From NCBI GenBank assembly GCA_045837725.1, contig JBEWZL010000191.1:62001-126000 (forward strand): DNA of 64,000 nucleotides, given 5' to 3'. Shown one piece after another: positions 12,868 to 27,000 of this stretch. The stretch comes from Vermamoeba vermiformis. Taxonomy: Eukaryota. Under the pieces are notes generated by a model. The model was not told where the DNA came from, did not search any database, and was given only the letters and a program-made list of their open reading frames with translations. The position numbers and the translations under genes were made by a program. Numbering within the stretch: position 1 is the first letter of the stretch; each line of letters opens with the position of its first letter.

Positions 12868-15800
12868 TTATTTGAGGTTCTCAAGACCTGCAAACAAACC
12901 AGGCTCTAAGCTCGGCAAGCGCATAATGGCTGGAATATTATTTCGTTGAGAGGTCGCAGTTGTGTTCGATCTGTTGAAGAGTCCTCGACCGAAATATCGC
13001 GCAACGATGGCAAATCCGTCAGAGCTACCCTCCAACTATAACATTATAAGTATATCAGTACGAATAAATACGATGATTTTTTGCTTATGATCGGTGAAGT
13101 GCCGGATCCAAAATTTTTACCTGTCTGAAAAACTCCGAGTGATCGTGGCTGTTTTCTTCGAGACTGTGCTGCAATTGTTCAAAGTTCTTGTTCTCTTCAT
13201 TGCACTTCGGACACACGCTTTCATTCTCGTCCAAGCACCGTTGATGGAACGAATGCATGCACAAAAAGTGAACGGCAGGCAGATCCAATCCTTTGCCACA
13301 GTGCGTGCACTTCATTTGTTGGAAGATACGAGCACTAATAATATAACATTAGTATACTAGGCAATATTATTAAATAGAGTTATATCTTACGTTGTTCGCA
13401 GTTCCTCGATCTCTTTCTTATTGCGCTCAGTTTGTTCTTGATACTCGCGGATCTGTTTCAAATCTTTCTCAATACCAGCTTGTTCTCTATTCAAGTTGCG
13501 AATAATGTATTGCTAGAGATGCAGGGTTAGATCCGTAAGTTAAAAAGTACAAGTTCCGATCCGGATCTTACCTTGACTAAGCCCAGAGTAGCTGTCTTAG
13601 ATTGAGACAAAATTTGCAATACTTGCAATGGAGGCAACAAGTTGTCGCTCTCGATGCTTTGCAACACTTCGGAGATTTCTCTGCGGCAGTCAATCTTCGG
13701 ATCTTTGTTGGCAAAGTACGACAACGCCTTCACCCAAATGTTCGGGTCCTTGTCACTATATTACATGATTATTAAACATGATCGATAGTATTATAGTAGT
13801 TGCTTAGCTACGTACCCGTATTTCTTGCAAGCTTTAAGGATGAGATCGTACTCGTTGTTCTCCATGTGGTTCTCGACGATATCGCCGTACATCTTCAACT
13901 TCTCGTACAAATACAACAAACCGCTCTTAAAGTTGTACATTTGACACAAAACGAGGGCTTGGCCTTCATCATACTTAGCCTACAGAAAAGTATTTTTTGT
14001 CAGATGTGACACGTGTCAAACATGTCATTCGACGATCGGATGGTGACACTTACATTAGGATTGGTCAACAAGGTCATAATCTTTTCTGATTTTTCTGATT
14101 GCGTCTTTTCTTCCGACTTGGGACGAGCCTGAAATTGACACGTGTCAAAGTCTGGTTGACTCACATGTATCAAAATGACTTACAAATTCGTTGCCTAAGT
14201 CTTTCAAATAAAGTTCTAAGAGCGTATCGTAAATGACTTGAGTTCCCCTATTGATTTGTTAGACCCGGATCTGATCTGGTGGATCTGGGAGTTGCACGTA
14301 CCTTCCATTGACAATGATGAACTCTAAGAACTCCATCAACCACAATGGCTGACTGACGAACAAGGGAATAAACTTCTCAGCAACAGCTTTCTTCTTTTCT
14401 TGTTCTGACACGGATGCAGCAGCCGCGCGTTTTGACGGGGCCATCAACAGATCTCGTTCATCAATAATCTCAGAATCACGTGCTTTCGCTAATAAGAAAC
14501 TACCGTTAGATTGCTACAAGTTGCACTATGATAAACCATACGCTTTGCGGGCAATGACTCGTCGCTCTTCTTGGGGACGTAGTTCGTGCACAGTTCCATC
14601 AACAAGCGCAAAGTTTGTTGCGGCAGTGCTGAAACCAATTGTTTGCCGTACTTCAAAAGATTGTCCTCAGCCTAAAAATAGGGTCAATATAACATATCCA
14701 AAAGGTTTAAAGAAGAACGTACTTCTTCGAAAGGCAAAGTTTGGATGTACTTCAGGGCTTGTTCGTGTTGATGCAAATCTTCCAATAAGATCTTCAAATA
14801 CCACTTGTGTTCTTGTTGACGCAAGGCAAGGTCGAGTGCGTGCTCATGGTATCCTGCTTGACGACACACTTTGATTGCCGTCTCGACATCGAACTTCAGA
14901 TCCGGGGTCTAACGGCACAAGTTAGAACTTGCCACATAATTACAATAAGTACAATATTGAATATACCTTGATAAACTTGTTAAGCTTGTCGACGTCCTTC
15001 AACTTAGTGTAACAGTTCAACAAAAGTGTCGTGTGATTGGCATTGGCCAAGCCTGCTTCGTGCAACTTTTGCAAGTAAAGTGTCAAATTGTGAATGCGTT
15101 GTGCGTCCAAGAACTTCTTGATGACATAAGAAGGCTCAAGTCGGCCAATAGTCTTGATGTATTGATCGATAGCGACGTCGTAGTCTCCCTTACTATATTA
15201 GGAAATGGTACGATCAACGATCGTGTTGCAAATTAAAAATTTTCAGCACAACGTACCTGTACAAATGATCTCCGTATTTTCTGAAAATATCTACAATAGC
15301 ATTTGCATCGTATTGATTGCTGTGTGCCAAATCAATAGCGGTGGTATACAAATTCTTTTTGAACAAAGTCTCGAGCTTCGTTTGGGTGTCTTTCTCGGAC
15401 AATTGGAAGATCTAACAAATCGATTAATTTCGGAGTAAAATAGATTATATTAGCGTACCTTGCCGTCTGCTTGAATGACGTAAATGTTACCCCATTCAAA
15501 GGCCAAATTGGTGACTTTTTGGAAACTCGCAGTGAAGGCGATGAATTTGTTGCGTGGTTCGTACACAGTGACAGTGTGATAATTAGGATTATTAGGCGTT
15601 TGATCGACGCTAATCAAGTGATTACGGAACCAAAATAATTGATGTCTACGAACAGCTGCTTCGAAGGCCAAACAGGGACCAGGACCCAAAATGTTATAGA
15701 AGTAAATAGCCTATTATAGGTATATTAGTAATAACGCCGATAAGATGTGAATATATATTGTTATCCTACCTCTTTTCGTCCGCTAATAAATTCGCCCTCT

Positions 15801-16804
15801 TGTTCGTTCATTGCAGCACAACCAGCCTCGCAGCCTCTGTCGTCCAACAACTCGCCTTTGCCAACACCTTCTTTGTTGGTCATGTAGCAGTACACCGAGC
15901 TTGTGGTCGATGCAAACAAGTAAGTGCCTCGCTTTTGCTCGCTGAATCCGAGACCAGTGATTGGGCTGGGGCCTCCCGTAGCATTAGAATCTTCGGCCTT
16001 GATAACGCGTAATCGGGATGCACGTTCTCGCAATATATCACCAGCGACGACGACAATAGAACCGTCGCAAACACCAACGGCCATTTGAGACAGATCCGCT
16101 GTGGCAGCTAACACAGTGACCTACAAAGAAATTCATAAAAATTAAATTTCGGCCGTATTGTAATTTGCAAATATTTTTATAATTAGTCGTATACTTACTG
16201 GAACGGGGTTAGGCATTTTAATAACTCGAACTAAGTCAGGGAAGCCATCTCCATCGATCTTGTCCAAGTTCCAGATCTTTACTGTAGGAGAAATTGCTTC
16301 ATCGTCTTCTCCTACTGTAACTAAAATATTCTTCTGTTTTACTTGTTCGATCAACGTAACTGTGCGAATATAAGCTTGGAAGGAATACGAGATCTTGAAA
16401 TCTCGTTCGACGAAGTGAACAGCACCGTTCAAATGTAATTGTTTGTTAAAGAAAATATAGTATGAGGTTTGACAATATATTAGTGCTTATAAATGTTATA
16501 AAGGATATCTCCCAACACCAAGGTACCGCGGCCACTGCTAGCGCACACGACATTTAATTTCTATTAAATAGAATAATTAATACGAGACCACTGCACGACA
16601 AAAATATATTTGGTAGAATTATTTTGATTATTGACAAGCGTAAAAAATATTATTTGAAAAAAGTAGATCGAAAATTCGGTAAATGCTAATTAAATCAATT
16701 AATAGGCAAATGTACATTACCTTTAATTCTTGGTTAGGTTCTGTAGTGCCTTCTTCTTTAATAAGCTGTTTTTCAAAAAATTGAAACGTTCTCCACTGAT
16801 TCAT
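12868..16804 (-). CDS. VPS11: Vacuolar protein sorting 11 (HOPS/CORVET core)
   Basis: MNQWRTFQFFEK start; SSGRGTLVLGD; YGDHLY; IKKFLDAQRIHNLT; LPPLQVLQIL; C-terminal RING CTHC..LDLPAVHFLCMHSFHQRC..CPKC; YFGRG. Confidence 0.95.
16435..16508 (-). other. U12-type (minor spliceosome) AT-AC intron in VPS11
   Basis: 5' site ATATCCTTT, branch TTCTTTAAC about 10 nt before the terminal AC. Removal restores LVLG-D-LNGAVHFV in frame. Confidence 0.9.
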
Positions 16805-16992
16805 GTTTGTCTATCAGTAGCCTCTCGATTCAATTATATACTCGCTATATACAAATAAAATACCAATAAATAATATTACTGAACTTGAACTGCGGTTTCT
16901 GTTCAAAGGGCCAATAAAAGATTTGGTGGACAAGAACGTATTATTTTATTAATTAATTTTGTTCCTTAGACCAGCACAAGTGGACATAGACT

Positions 16993-18389
16993 ATGACATC
17001 ATTAATAGAAGTCGGTAGTTCACTTATTACGAACCCAATTTTTTGCTTAGCCACAAATGACACGAACCGCATCTGTGCTGCTGGTAGATCTGGTCAAAAA
17101 AATGGCTTCTTCACTATTTATTCCATAAGTGAAGATAAAAAGACTGCAAATGATAATAATCCGAAAGACGCAAAGCCTCGAGCCCCACAGTTGAGTTTCC
17201 GATCACAGATTCATAGAGAAATTGACGGCATCGCTTCAAAGACAATTTGTTGGCTAAAATATAATGAAAATAATTATTCAAATTTAATTGCATACGGTGG
17301 AAGTAATGGTGATGTCTCCTTGTGGTAAGTCAATAAATCCAAAAAAATATTCAAAGAGGAACATATTCTTGAAGTTTAATTATTCGTCATTTACTTCTCA
17401 TTATAGGTGGCAAAAATATAAGATAAAGGTTCCTCAATTTTTTTCCTTTTCTTTGAGGTCGATCGCGATCTAACATTTTTTAGGGACGCACCGAGTCAAG
17501 AAAAGCTATCTTGTCGTGCAAACGTGCATAGTTCTAAAACAGTAATTCACCAGCTCGTGCAGAGGCCACAACAGTACCACCAAATAATTGCAGGCGATAG
17601 TTTTGGCACGATCTCGATCTGGGACATTCGAGAAAAGAATAAATGCGTGCATAACTTCGAAGCATCGAATAATAATGACCAATCAGACTGCTGGGCACTT
17701 AGCGTAAGCTATTGAATTTACAGCTTATTGGGATCATTACTAATAGTAGTCGCGTGGTGCCAACTACAGGCAGTGGATGAATTTTTAGTCTTAAGTGGAC
17801 ATCGTGACGGGCATTTGCGGTGCTTCGATTTGCGAGCAAACAACATGTTATCATCCGCGCAATTAACTGAAGGAATTTCATCGCTAGCCGTGCACCAGAA
17901 TAACATTGCAATTGGAACTCTGACTGGCGATGTCTTGACTTTTAAGCACGAGAATGGCAAATTTATCTCATTTCCAGATCTACCAACGCAAAACAAATCA
18001 ATGATGACGGTGTGGGGCTTGAAGACCTTGAAATTTCCAAGTAACGCATTCGTGTCAGTAGGTAAGATAGAAGACTAACGCATTCAATCAATTTATGATA
18101 ATAGAGATTCCGCAAATAGCACTATTAAATACAAAATGTGCACGTTCACACAGAAAACTAACGAATTTCAATTGGGTCTAAATTAGGAAGTGACAGTGCT
18201 GTTACAGTGCACGAATGGCCCACGGAGAAGGCGAAAGAGGCCGTATTGGCTCGGGTAAATTTAGAATCTTCACCATTAATTGCCGTGGATACATTCATAT
18301 CATCGCCAACTAACCAATCACTATTGATAACTGCTGGATTGGATCTCAAACTCCGACTCTTTTCACTAGCAACGCAAAGTCATAAATAG
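16993..18389 (+). CDS. WD40-repeat protein
   Basis: Repeats GGSNGDVSLW, AGDSFGTISIWDIR, SGHRDGHLRCFDLR, TAGLDLKLRLFS in spliced exons. Divergent from VPS11 across ~190 bp. Confidence 0.75.
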
Positions 18390-18778
18390 CTCTTCCCTAT
18401 TTTTAAGTTTGTACATTTTATTTATGGATTTGGACGAAGGCTACGTGGGATCCAAAGTATATTCTTAGCCCCGCTTTAAAAACCAAAGTTTGGATGCGTT
18501 ATATCGGACTGCGGAAAGCGAGGATCAATTTCATGTTTGTGCTAACCGCAATCATAATAGTCGATATATGGATTTAGTTCCTTGAGCGGTAAAGTACCGC
18601 AACCGATGTCAATTCAATTTCACGTTTCATGAAAATGCACGGCGAAATACACGGCAATCTAATGAAATTCGCGTGCAATGACTCAGTAGAGAAGCGATCT
18701 AGAATCTTGGCATAATTTACAGGGTTTATATATACGAGAATATGCACAAAACTTGCTACGAACATTTTCGTAACAACA

Positions 18779-20650
18779 TTAATACTGGCGCATAACTGCG
18801 CCTTGGTTACTATTTACAATAGATTGAGGCTGCTGGTGAGTTTCATTCGCTTCAAAAGACGAATACTCGTAGCCATAACCATGATCGTAAGGAGCATAAA
18901 AAGGATTTCCTATCCGACCATTCTGCGTCGACTCGGCAATGCTTAATTGAGCCATCTGTTGCTCATTCTGGTAGTTGCCATCAAAATTGGCGCTATTTCG
19001 TAGGTGCGGCGCGAGATTGGCATGATGCTGGTGAGGAGCAGGTTGCTGCAGATGTGGCGCTTGCGGTTGCGACATTTTGTGTGGTTGTTGGTTTATATAC
19101 ATATTGTTTGCCGAGAAACCATTTGCGCTAGTCGAATTAGTAGGGTACTGCTTCTCCATAGAGACACCGTTCTGATCTCGAGGCGAACTAAAAATAGGCT
19201 GTGGATTTGGGATTGGTCTGGTTTGTGTTTGCCATGAAGGAGGCGATAGTGGCGTTCTATCTTCTTCGCGAGGGGGTCCGTTCATAAACTGTTGTTTCTG
19301 CATTTGGATCTGCTGAGCGGAATTCTTCTCCGGTGAGCGTGGGAAATTGATCTGGCTGTTGTGCTGTTGGATTGGCTCCCGGTAACCGTTTTGATTCACA
19401 TGAGGGTTGTGCCGATAGTTATCCATGTACTGTTGTGCTTGCTTGGGTTGTTGAGATTGCGCTGCCCAATTACCTTGTTGGGATGTGGAATAATACGGAT
19501 TCTGTGAAGAGCTCATCTGGTTGCCTAGAAAGTACTTTGCCGCAGCCGGCTCTTCCGAATCGACGGTCCAGTGGTCCGACTTGCCAGGACTAGCAGAAAC
19601 TACCGGATTTTGCTTCGGGTTGGTAATAATGGCCGCTTCGTGGTTGATCGCAGAAGATGTGTTCCCTTGACTTGCGCTTTGAGCACTGCCGTAAGTGTTT
19701 TGTAGTATCATCCAATCGATGAGTAGCTTCTCTACTTGATCCCACCCATCTGGACGTTCAGCGCCGCTCAAAAATGCGTTGATCTCAGGCAATAGTGATC
19801 TGCTCGGAAAAAGTAACCGACGATTAATACGCATTATTCATAGGGTCAATAAAAACAATATCTATAGTTAGCGTGGATCTACATTTGAAATTGGTAAACT
19901 GTCAGTATCACAATCTCGTGTCAGCTCAAAAAAATTGTGAACGAAGTAAAATTAAGGAGAAAGCCGCGCATTTAAAACGTGAAATTCGGTGCACACAATT
20001 AGCGATAATTTACCTGTACCCGAGTTCAATAGCTAGAGTCTCCGTAGTTTTGTTTGCCGCAGATAAAGTTGCACAGATGGCTTTACAAAGGTTTGCGTCT
20101 GGGCGTGTAATTACATTGACTATAGCTCGTCTGGAGGGGCTTGTAGAACCTGCGTACTTGATTAGGTTTTTGTGTTTTGCAGCGGAGAAATTTTCACAAT
20201 TTTGGACTTACGAGCTGGGGAAGATCCTCTGCTGCTTAAGTTTCTTGCTCGATAATCAGGACTTGATGCACCTTGCTGTCTTTGTGGAGGTGAAATGTTG
20301 TTACTACTGTTGGACCGACTCGCGCGATTTTGAACCCGAGGTAGATTTGGTGAACTAATTTGTGTTTGAGATCTTCTTTTAATGAGCTTAAAATCGGTCT
20401 CGTCTACTTCAAAACTCTGAGTTCGTCGTATGGGACTGGGCTTTCGAAGTGGACTATTATTCGGATTATTGTAGAAGTTTGGAGCAGATGCAACGTTGGG
20501 GATGTGTGCGTGCTGCTGCTGTTGAGTATATTGACTCGGGTTTGGCAAAAAATATTGACCATTGTTCTGGTATCCACCGCCATAACTTTCATTGGGGTAG
20601 TATTGCTGAGCCATGGCGCCTTGATCTCCTTCGGGAGAGCCGTGAGACAT
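18779..20650 (-). CDS. Q/N/P/S-rich putative transcription factor with a central HTH-like domain
   Basis: Exons 20650-20212, 20149-20014, 19799-18779. Low-complexity flanks around RPDANLCKAICATLSAANKTTETLAIELGYRSLLPEINAFLSGAERPDGWDQVEKLLIDW. Confidence 0.65.
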
Positions 20651-22779
20651 TGAGAACTAGTAAATATACTCTTGTGGTGCCTCTATGGCAAAAATGAAAA
20701 AAAATGGTAAAAAGTTGGCAACCTGATGTTTTATTTCCTCCGATAAATAACGTCAAAAGCATCAATTGTTACGAAAGTTGCAAGCAAAGTGAGGAAAAAT
20801 TCAAATATAATATCTTTGGCAATAACGTTACCTATATAATGACCTAGTAAGCAAGAACGTCAAGTTGGTATAACAACTGGCTTGGACGTCACTCCAGCAC
20901 TAATAAAATAAACCGTAAATTTAGCTCCTGATCTATTTTTGGTGGCTAACACTCTTCGCGATATAGCCTTGATATTCCTCTAAATATAGTGTCAGTACTG
21001 CGTATAATCATATATTGTAGGTTGGTAAGTACTTTGCATTGATTGACTCCTTTTACCCATTTTTATACGAGATCTCCATTCATCTTGTTGCTGTTGAGTG
21101 ATCGGTTGTACCTAACTAATGTAATATTCGTTCACTGTACTCTAGTTGCACTATAACTGTTGCTTTGTTGCTGCGCCATTGTTCTATCGATTCGGTGAGA
21201 TAAACAATCTCCCGATTTAGATTAACTTTGCAACTATTTGAGGGTGTCTGTTTGTTACTGAATCAATCTAATCAACATTTCTAAACACGACAATAGCAGT
21301 GCCGAACCGCAATGGATGGTTTGGCCAGCAAAGAGCGGAGTACATCTAGAAGGCCGCTGAAATTGAAACCTGCAGGAGAAGTGGTTATAATTTCTGCACT
21401 ATAATTAATATTTTTTCTACTGAAGATAAACTTGGCAATTAATTCGAACGACCAGGAGATCCATACTTTTTGATTCGATCGATCGAAAAAACTGGTACGG
21501 AGTTTTTAAAAATAGTGCCTGCCAAACTCGTTAATTGCAATAGCAACACGCTATTTGTCGTACTGGTGCATCGATCTGTCTGCTGGACGCAGATATAGAT
21601 CCAGGTAACGCTGGCTTACCGAACGATCCAACACCTCAATAGAACGGATAAGATTTATTTTGAACTACCAGATCCGAGTTTAGTGTTTGTTGATAAACAA
21701 AAAAAAAAATTGTAGACGCATCAAAAAATAGCGCTTTTATCAATTAGCATTCCTTTAACCGAACACATAATGTATTTATTTAATGGCTTAATTATTCACT
21801 TCTTGGTCAAGAATCGAAGGACACCTATGAGCGATCTGATTTGATTGCTGGATTAAGCGGGTTCCAATTCTGATTTAAAGCACACCAAAATAACGAGTAA
21901 GTATGATAGTAAACATTACTAATTGTTACATGATTTTCCGCGCCTTTAGTTCAGCACGACTGATTCTCGAATTTTAAGATCATTTAAAGTCTAATTTTCT
22001 TTCTTTTTGATAATAATGCAAAAATGCGCTTCTGCTGTCAATAATCAAAATACAAGTAACTCAAGAATTTTCTATTATTTTAAACGGATATCCATTACCT
22101 CCTCAGAGCTCTCGTGGGGATGCCTGGCAGCTTTCTGATGGAAAACTTCGCCATATTGATCCTTTTCTCTAATTAGGCTATAACTAGTTTACACACCAAC
22201 CGCAACATAGAAGGCAAAAGTTAATATTGGCGAAACTTCCTCAATTTTTGGATCGATTGTTCCGCGGTACCAGCATTGCACGCTTAGCACAAATACGAAC
22301 TTGATTCAGTTTCGCTCATTTTGTGTCACGCAATAATATGAATGCTATGAGGCAGTACACTTGGACTTTGCGTAAGTGTTAAGTTGAGAATTTACCCGCG
22401 GAGGAGAAATTTGATGATAATCATTTAAGTGGTCTTTTCCTTTCGTTTGACGTACGTACATTACCAATAATTAGACCTGGCACAAGCCTCCATAAAATTT
22501 TACCGTAGTTGGCGCGTTCCATTCTCTTTGCTCAAAAAATCTATTCAGGTTCAGATATTTCGTTTTGTTTTGAACCATTTGCTGAAAAAAGCAACAAGGA
22601 TGATAGCTGGTGATCGAAAATAATTTACATATAAGTCAACATCGAGCGATAAAACGCTAAAAAATAAGAAACTTCATCGAAATTTTTTGATATTCGCATT
22701 GCGTCACCGCAACACCAGTTTAAAAAGCAGCAAAAATAGTCATTAGTAATCCAACTTTAGTATTATTCATAATCAAAAC

Positions 22780-23926
22780 ATGTCAACACGAACAATTGTT
22801 ATCACGCCTACTACTGAAAGGCGCATCCGAGAGAAATTTAAGCAGCCGGTCACTCCAAAAAGCGCGTTTGATGCTACAGCTTGGCGTCAATATTTCGTGG
22901 AGTTCTTGGGCACTCTGTTCTTCATTTACGTATCTACGGGTGCCGTAGTGTCAGTCACTTATGTGGGCCCGCTCAACTCTGGTGCCATCGCTGTCATTGG
23001 TCTCGCTTTTGGATTTGGCCTGGCAGCAATGATCTACGCGGCAGCGAATATATCTGGTGGTCATATCAATCCTGCCGTCACTATTGGATTCATCGTCGCA
23101 AACAAGATCTATGTTTTGAAAGGGTTTTTCTACATCTTCTCTCAGCTGGCCGGCGCAATGGTTGGATCCGCTTTGCTTCGCGCCACCACTCCTGAAATAG
23201 GTACGTACCAAAGTACTCTTCCCACGATCAATTTCATTAATGTATACTTTCTGACTATAGCGTGGCGTCCTGTGAATCTGGGTGCAACAGCAGTCAATGG
23301 CAACGTATCACTTGCGCAGGCAGTGTTTTTAGAGTTTATCATCACATTTATGCTCGTGTACACTGTGTTTGCGACGGTGGGTATTCCCAAGAGTAAGTTC
23401 ACTGTGATTGCGTATGTTGCAAAAATTACTGTCTGATCTACGTCGTAGGTCGAAACGGTATGGGCAAGTTAGCGCCATTAGCGATCGGCCTATCGGTTCT
23501 CGCTGGACACTTGCTCGGAGCACCATTTACAGGTCCATCAATGAATCCAGCACGAAGTTTCGTAAGTTTTTATTTTCATGAAAAAACAATAACACCGATT
23601 TATCCTTATCCTCATAGGGTCCGGCTGTAGTGTCTGGATACTGGGAAAATCAGTGGGTCTACTGGGTCGGTCCTTTTCCAGCAGGCATCATCGCTGGCTT
23701 GCTCTACAAATATCTTTTGCTCGACAAAATGCCGTTCTGGAACAGACCAGAAGTCCTCAAAGAGTTGCCGTTGGAAGTATATTCATCGGGTCCACAACAC
23801 GGCCTGCCGAAGACTGCGTGGGTTACTCAACCAGATATGGCAAATGCTGGTCCAGATCAAATCCCGCCTCCTGGTTTCCCCAATGCAGGTCCGAGTGCGC
23901 AAGGAGTCGTTCAAGAAGCTGCCTAA
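22780..23926 (+). CDS. Aquaporin (MIP family)
   Basis: [36 protein letters not shown]; three introns. Confidence 0.95.
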
Positions 23927-24094
23927 TAATAGTATCTATTTTATACATTTTCTGTTGTCTATGTGAAATAAATTTTGATTGGTTTATGAAAGAGGAATGA
24001 CAGCAGCGACAGGTGTCACACTCCACCATTTCGCTATTTGCACAAATCTTTATTTCTAAATCAACCCAGTGGCGAGCACATAATTAATTAAACG

Positions 24095-27000
24095 ATGGGT
24101 ATGTGGAGCTATCGGTACCGTGCGTTGCTCGTCGGCATGATTACGTTATGCTGGACGTTAGCCAACGTTGAGGCAGCAGGTCCGAGAGTTGTTTCATCAT
24201 CTTACACCCAAAAGAGTCTTGTATTTTTTGATGTCGGTTCTGACGTGGCTATTATGAATTTTGACTTCGATCAGGACATCTATTATCAAAAACAATGCTC
24301 GCCACGACCATTCGACCCGCCATTAGAACCAACTATAATTTTACCGTGCTGCAATGCTACATTGACGACGGGCTGCGTCACTCCTTCTGCGTCGTTTAGT
24401 AGATGCATTGATACTACCGTTCAGTATGATGAAGAATTTCATTTTCCTGGCAACTCAGTGGGCAAATTTGCTTACGAATTCCAAGTAGCTAATCCAGATA
24501 CCTGCCACTCGATCTTGATCGGATCAGCGATGAAATACGGTACGGCAATTTTAAAAAAATATGATATTAATCAATTATCACTATGGCGTAAGAGATCGTT
24601 TAACTTTAACTTAGGTGTTACGATCAATCGAATATATATTTAAATTTAATATTAATAATTGGTTGAAAAACTACTAACATCCTTTACATGAAATAGGAAT
24701 TATTACGGTCAAGCTTTTCGGCACACTAGAGACGTTTATTGCAGGCCAGAATGAAATGTTTTATTCGGGGCTTAGCGGATCGAACGGGTTATTCTATTGC
24801 TGCAGCATGATCCGTGGCAGAGGAGACTGGAATGGAAGATTATATGTGCGGATGGAATTAACGGTGGATTCCAAGTGGACAACTCAACTGCTTGGTATGC
24901 AGTTTAACAAATTGGATCGGATCATCCTTTTAATTCATGAACGGGCGTTTAAATTGCTGTCGAATTAACCATAAAGGCGATTATACCTTTATGCTATTGC
25001 TCAGTTTTTCTCGGTCACATAGCCGTGCACATCGCTCTAATTCACACTGACTAATTGACGTCTGTTTAGGTTCACCAATCATTCCATCGGTCGATTACTT
25101 CCATACAAGTAAGCGTGATCATTTACTAAGGCATGTTCACGAAGCTAATTATTATTCAGATCGAATTGAGATTCGTTGTGCGGATGGTTACAATTTCACT
25201 CGTTGTTTTTCGCAGCTTACGGGCGGTTGTTGGCCGATGGCACCAGCATTAGACGATCCTGCTTTTTATTACGTCACAATGTCAGCGTGAGTATATCTAG
25301 ACAAGAATTAAAGATTTTCTGGAGACTGACTGTGATCCACAGCGGAGTAATGCCCGAAGGTCAGATCTCATCAAAGAGGTTTTCTATTGGCTTGGTCTTC
25401 AATACAATCAGTTTCTCTAGTGGGAATGTAAGTGAAAGCTACTACAAGCTATTATTAACAATGAAAATAGTCCTCCGCGACGTATTTACTAGCAGATCGC
25501 AAAGTGCTCGATCCAGCGAACCAGTGCCAAGTCTATTTTCCATTTTTAGTCAACAAAGACGGTGAGGTATGTATCGTGCGTATGACATATTTTGAATCAC
25601 ACAATCGGCATTAACTTTTCGTTTACTTTGCATGAAGCCAGCAGACCCTGTACCCTTCCCCGTAGAGAAACCAGAAACAGATTGCTCAAGCCCCAAATTC
25701 TCCGGCATAGTCGATGGTAATATTATTCATTCCCTATTTAAGCTAGCTTAACAAAGTTCATCCGATAGGGATGTTGAAGTTGATCGATGACTACTCCAAT
25801 TTCAATTCTTCATCGCTAGAGGTTGCCGTACAAAAGTTTCTGTTAGGTTTGGGCGCGACGTGGCAAGAAGGCTGGACGTCCTGTTTCGCTCACATTACCA
25901 ATGAATTGCTTCAGAAGAAGACTAACCTGACTACTTTTGAAGACTCCACTTACTGCCCTTTCACGAATGCCTCTGACCCTCTTTATCTTAACGATCCGTG
26001 CTGTAATGTGCGACAGCAAGAGCTCGCGTGCTGTCGTCCCCGAAACATTACTGTCGACTACGAGCAATCAGTTGTCAATGCTGATGCTGTGGCCAATCAA
26101 TGTCAAAGACCGAAGTGCATTACAGAGACTATTGCCGATTTCATGACGCTGCAACAGTCAAGTGCTGATCGCATGACTGGATGTACTGCCACGACTTCAA
26201 AGGTAATTTCGTAGCAACTTCTTTTTGCTAGCCCACGCAGAATGTAATAACATCACACTTTTTTACAGAACTTAGATAGTACTGCGTTTAGCATCGTGGT
26301 CGAAGGTTGTTACGCAAGTTTGTTCGAAAGCTTTTGCGTCACGAAGTAGGTGTAGTCATGTCTACCATACTAATTTTGCTAATTATTATCTTTTAGTGCT
26401 GATTGCCGAACTTCGACTAAGAATGACGACTCGCAGTGCGTACAAGGAAAGTGTACTGTACCGTGCACTGCCAATGACGAGTGTTTGTCCAACGAGTGTA
26501 CTACGGTCAAGTTATTCAATGGGACTGTAGTTCCTACTTGTGTCATGCACAGCCTTTTGGACGCGAATAACATGCCGTTTGATCAAATTGCCACGCATTT
26601 CATTCAAGTAAGTATCGGTTGCGTGCAACAAAGTGCAGAGCTAACAAACTATATGATAGTGCGTGAACAGAACTATTGACCCTGTTCTGTTCGTGTACAT
26701 TGCACGAGCTGTTGGTGCGACGGAAATTTCAACGGCTGAAGAAGTCGCGGCTGCTCTTATAAAGTCACTTGGCTCCGATCAATGCATTGGTTTCAGCAGC
26801 TTGCTGTTTCCTACCATTGGAGTGCCAGCCAACGTCTCGACGCAAGAAACGTGCGAGTCTTCACAAAGTTGCAATTGGGCGCCATGCGATAGCAACACAA
26901 ATCCCTATTGCAACGCGGCACATTGCAATTCTACTGACGTTCCCGACGAGTTTTGCGGCTTTTGTTTGTACGACCAGTGCTTTGAAGTCTCGAGCTATCC

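Noticed and set aside
20700-22700. 2-kb gene-free stretch as ncRNA or mobile element
   Set aside because: No terminal repeats, long ORF or recognisable RNA motif; probably the divergent promoter/UTR region.
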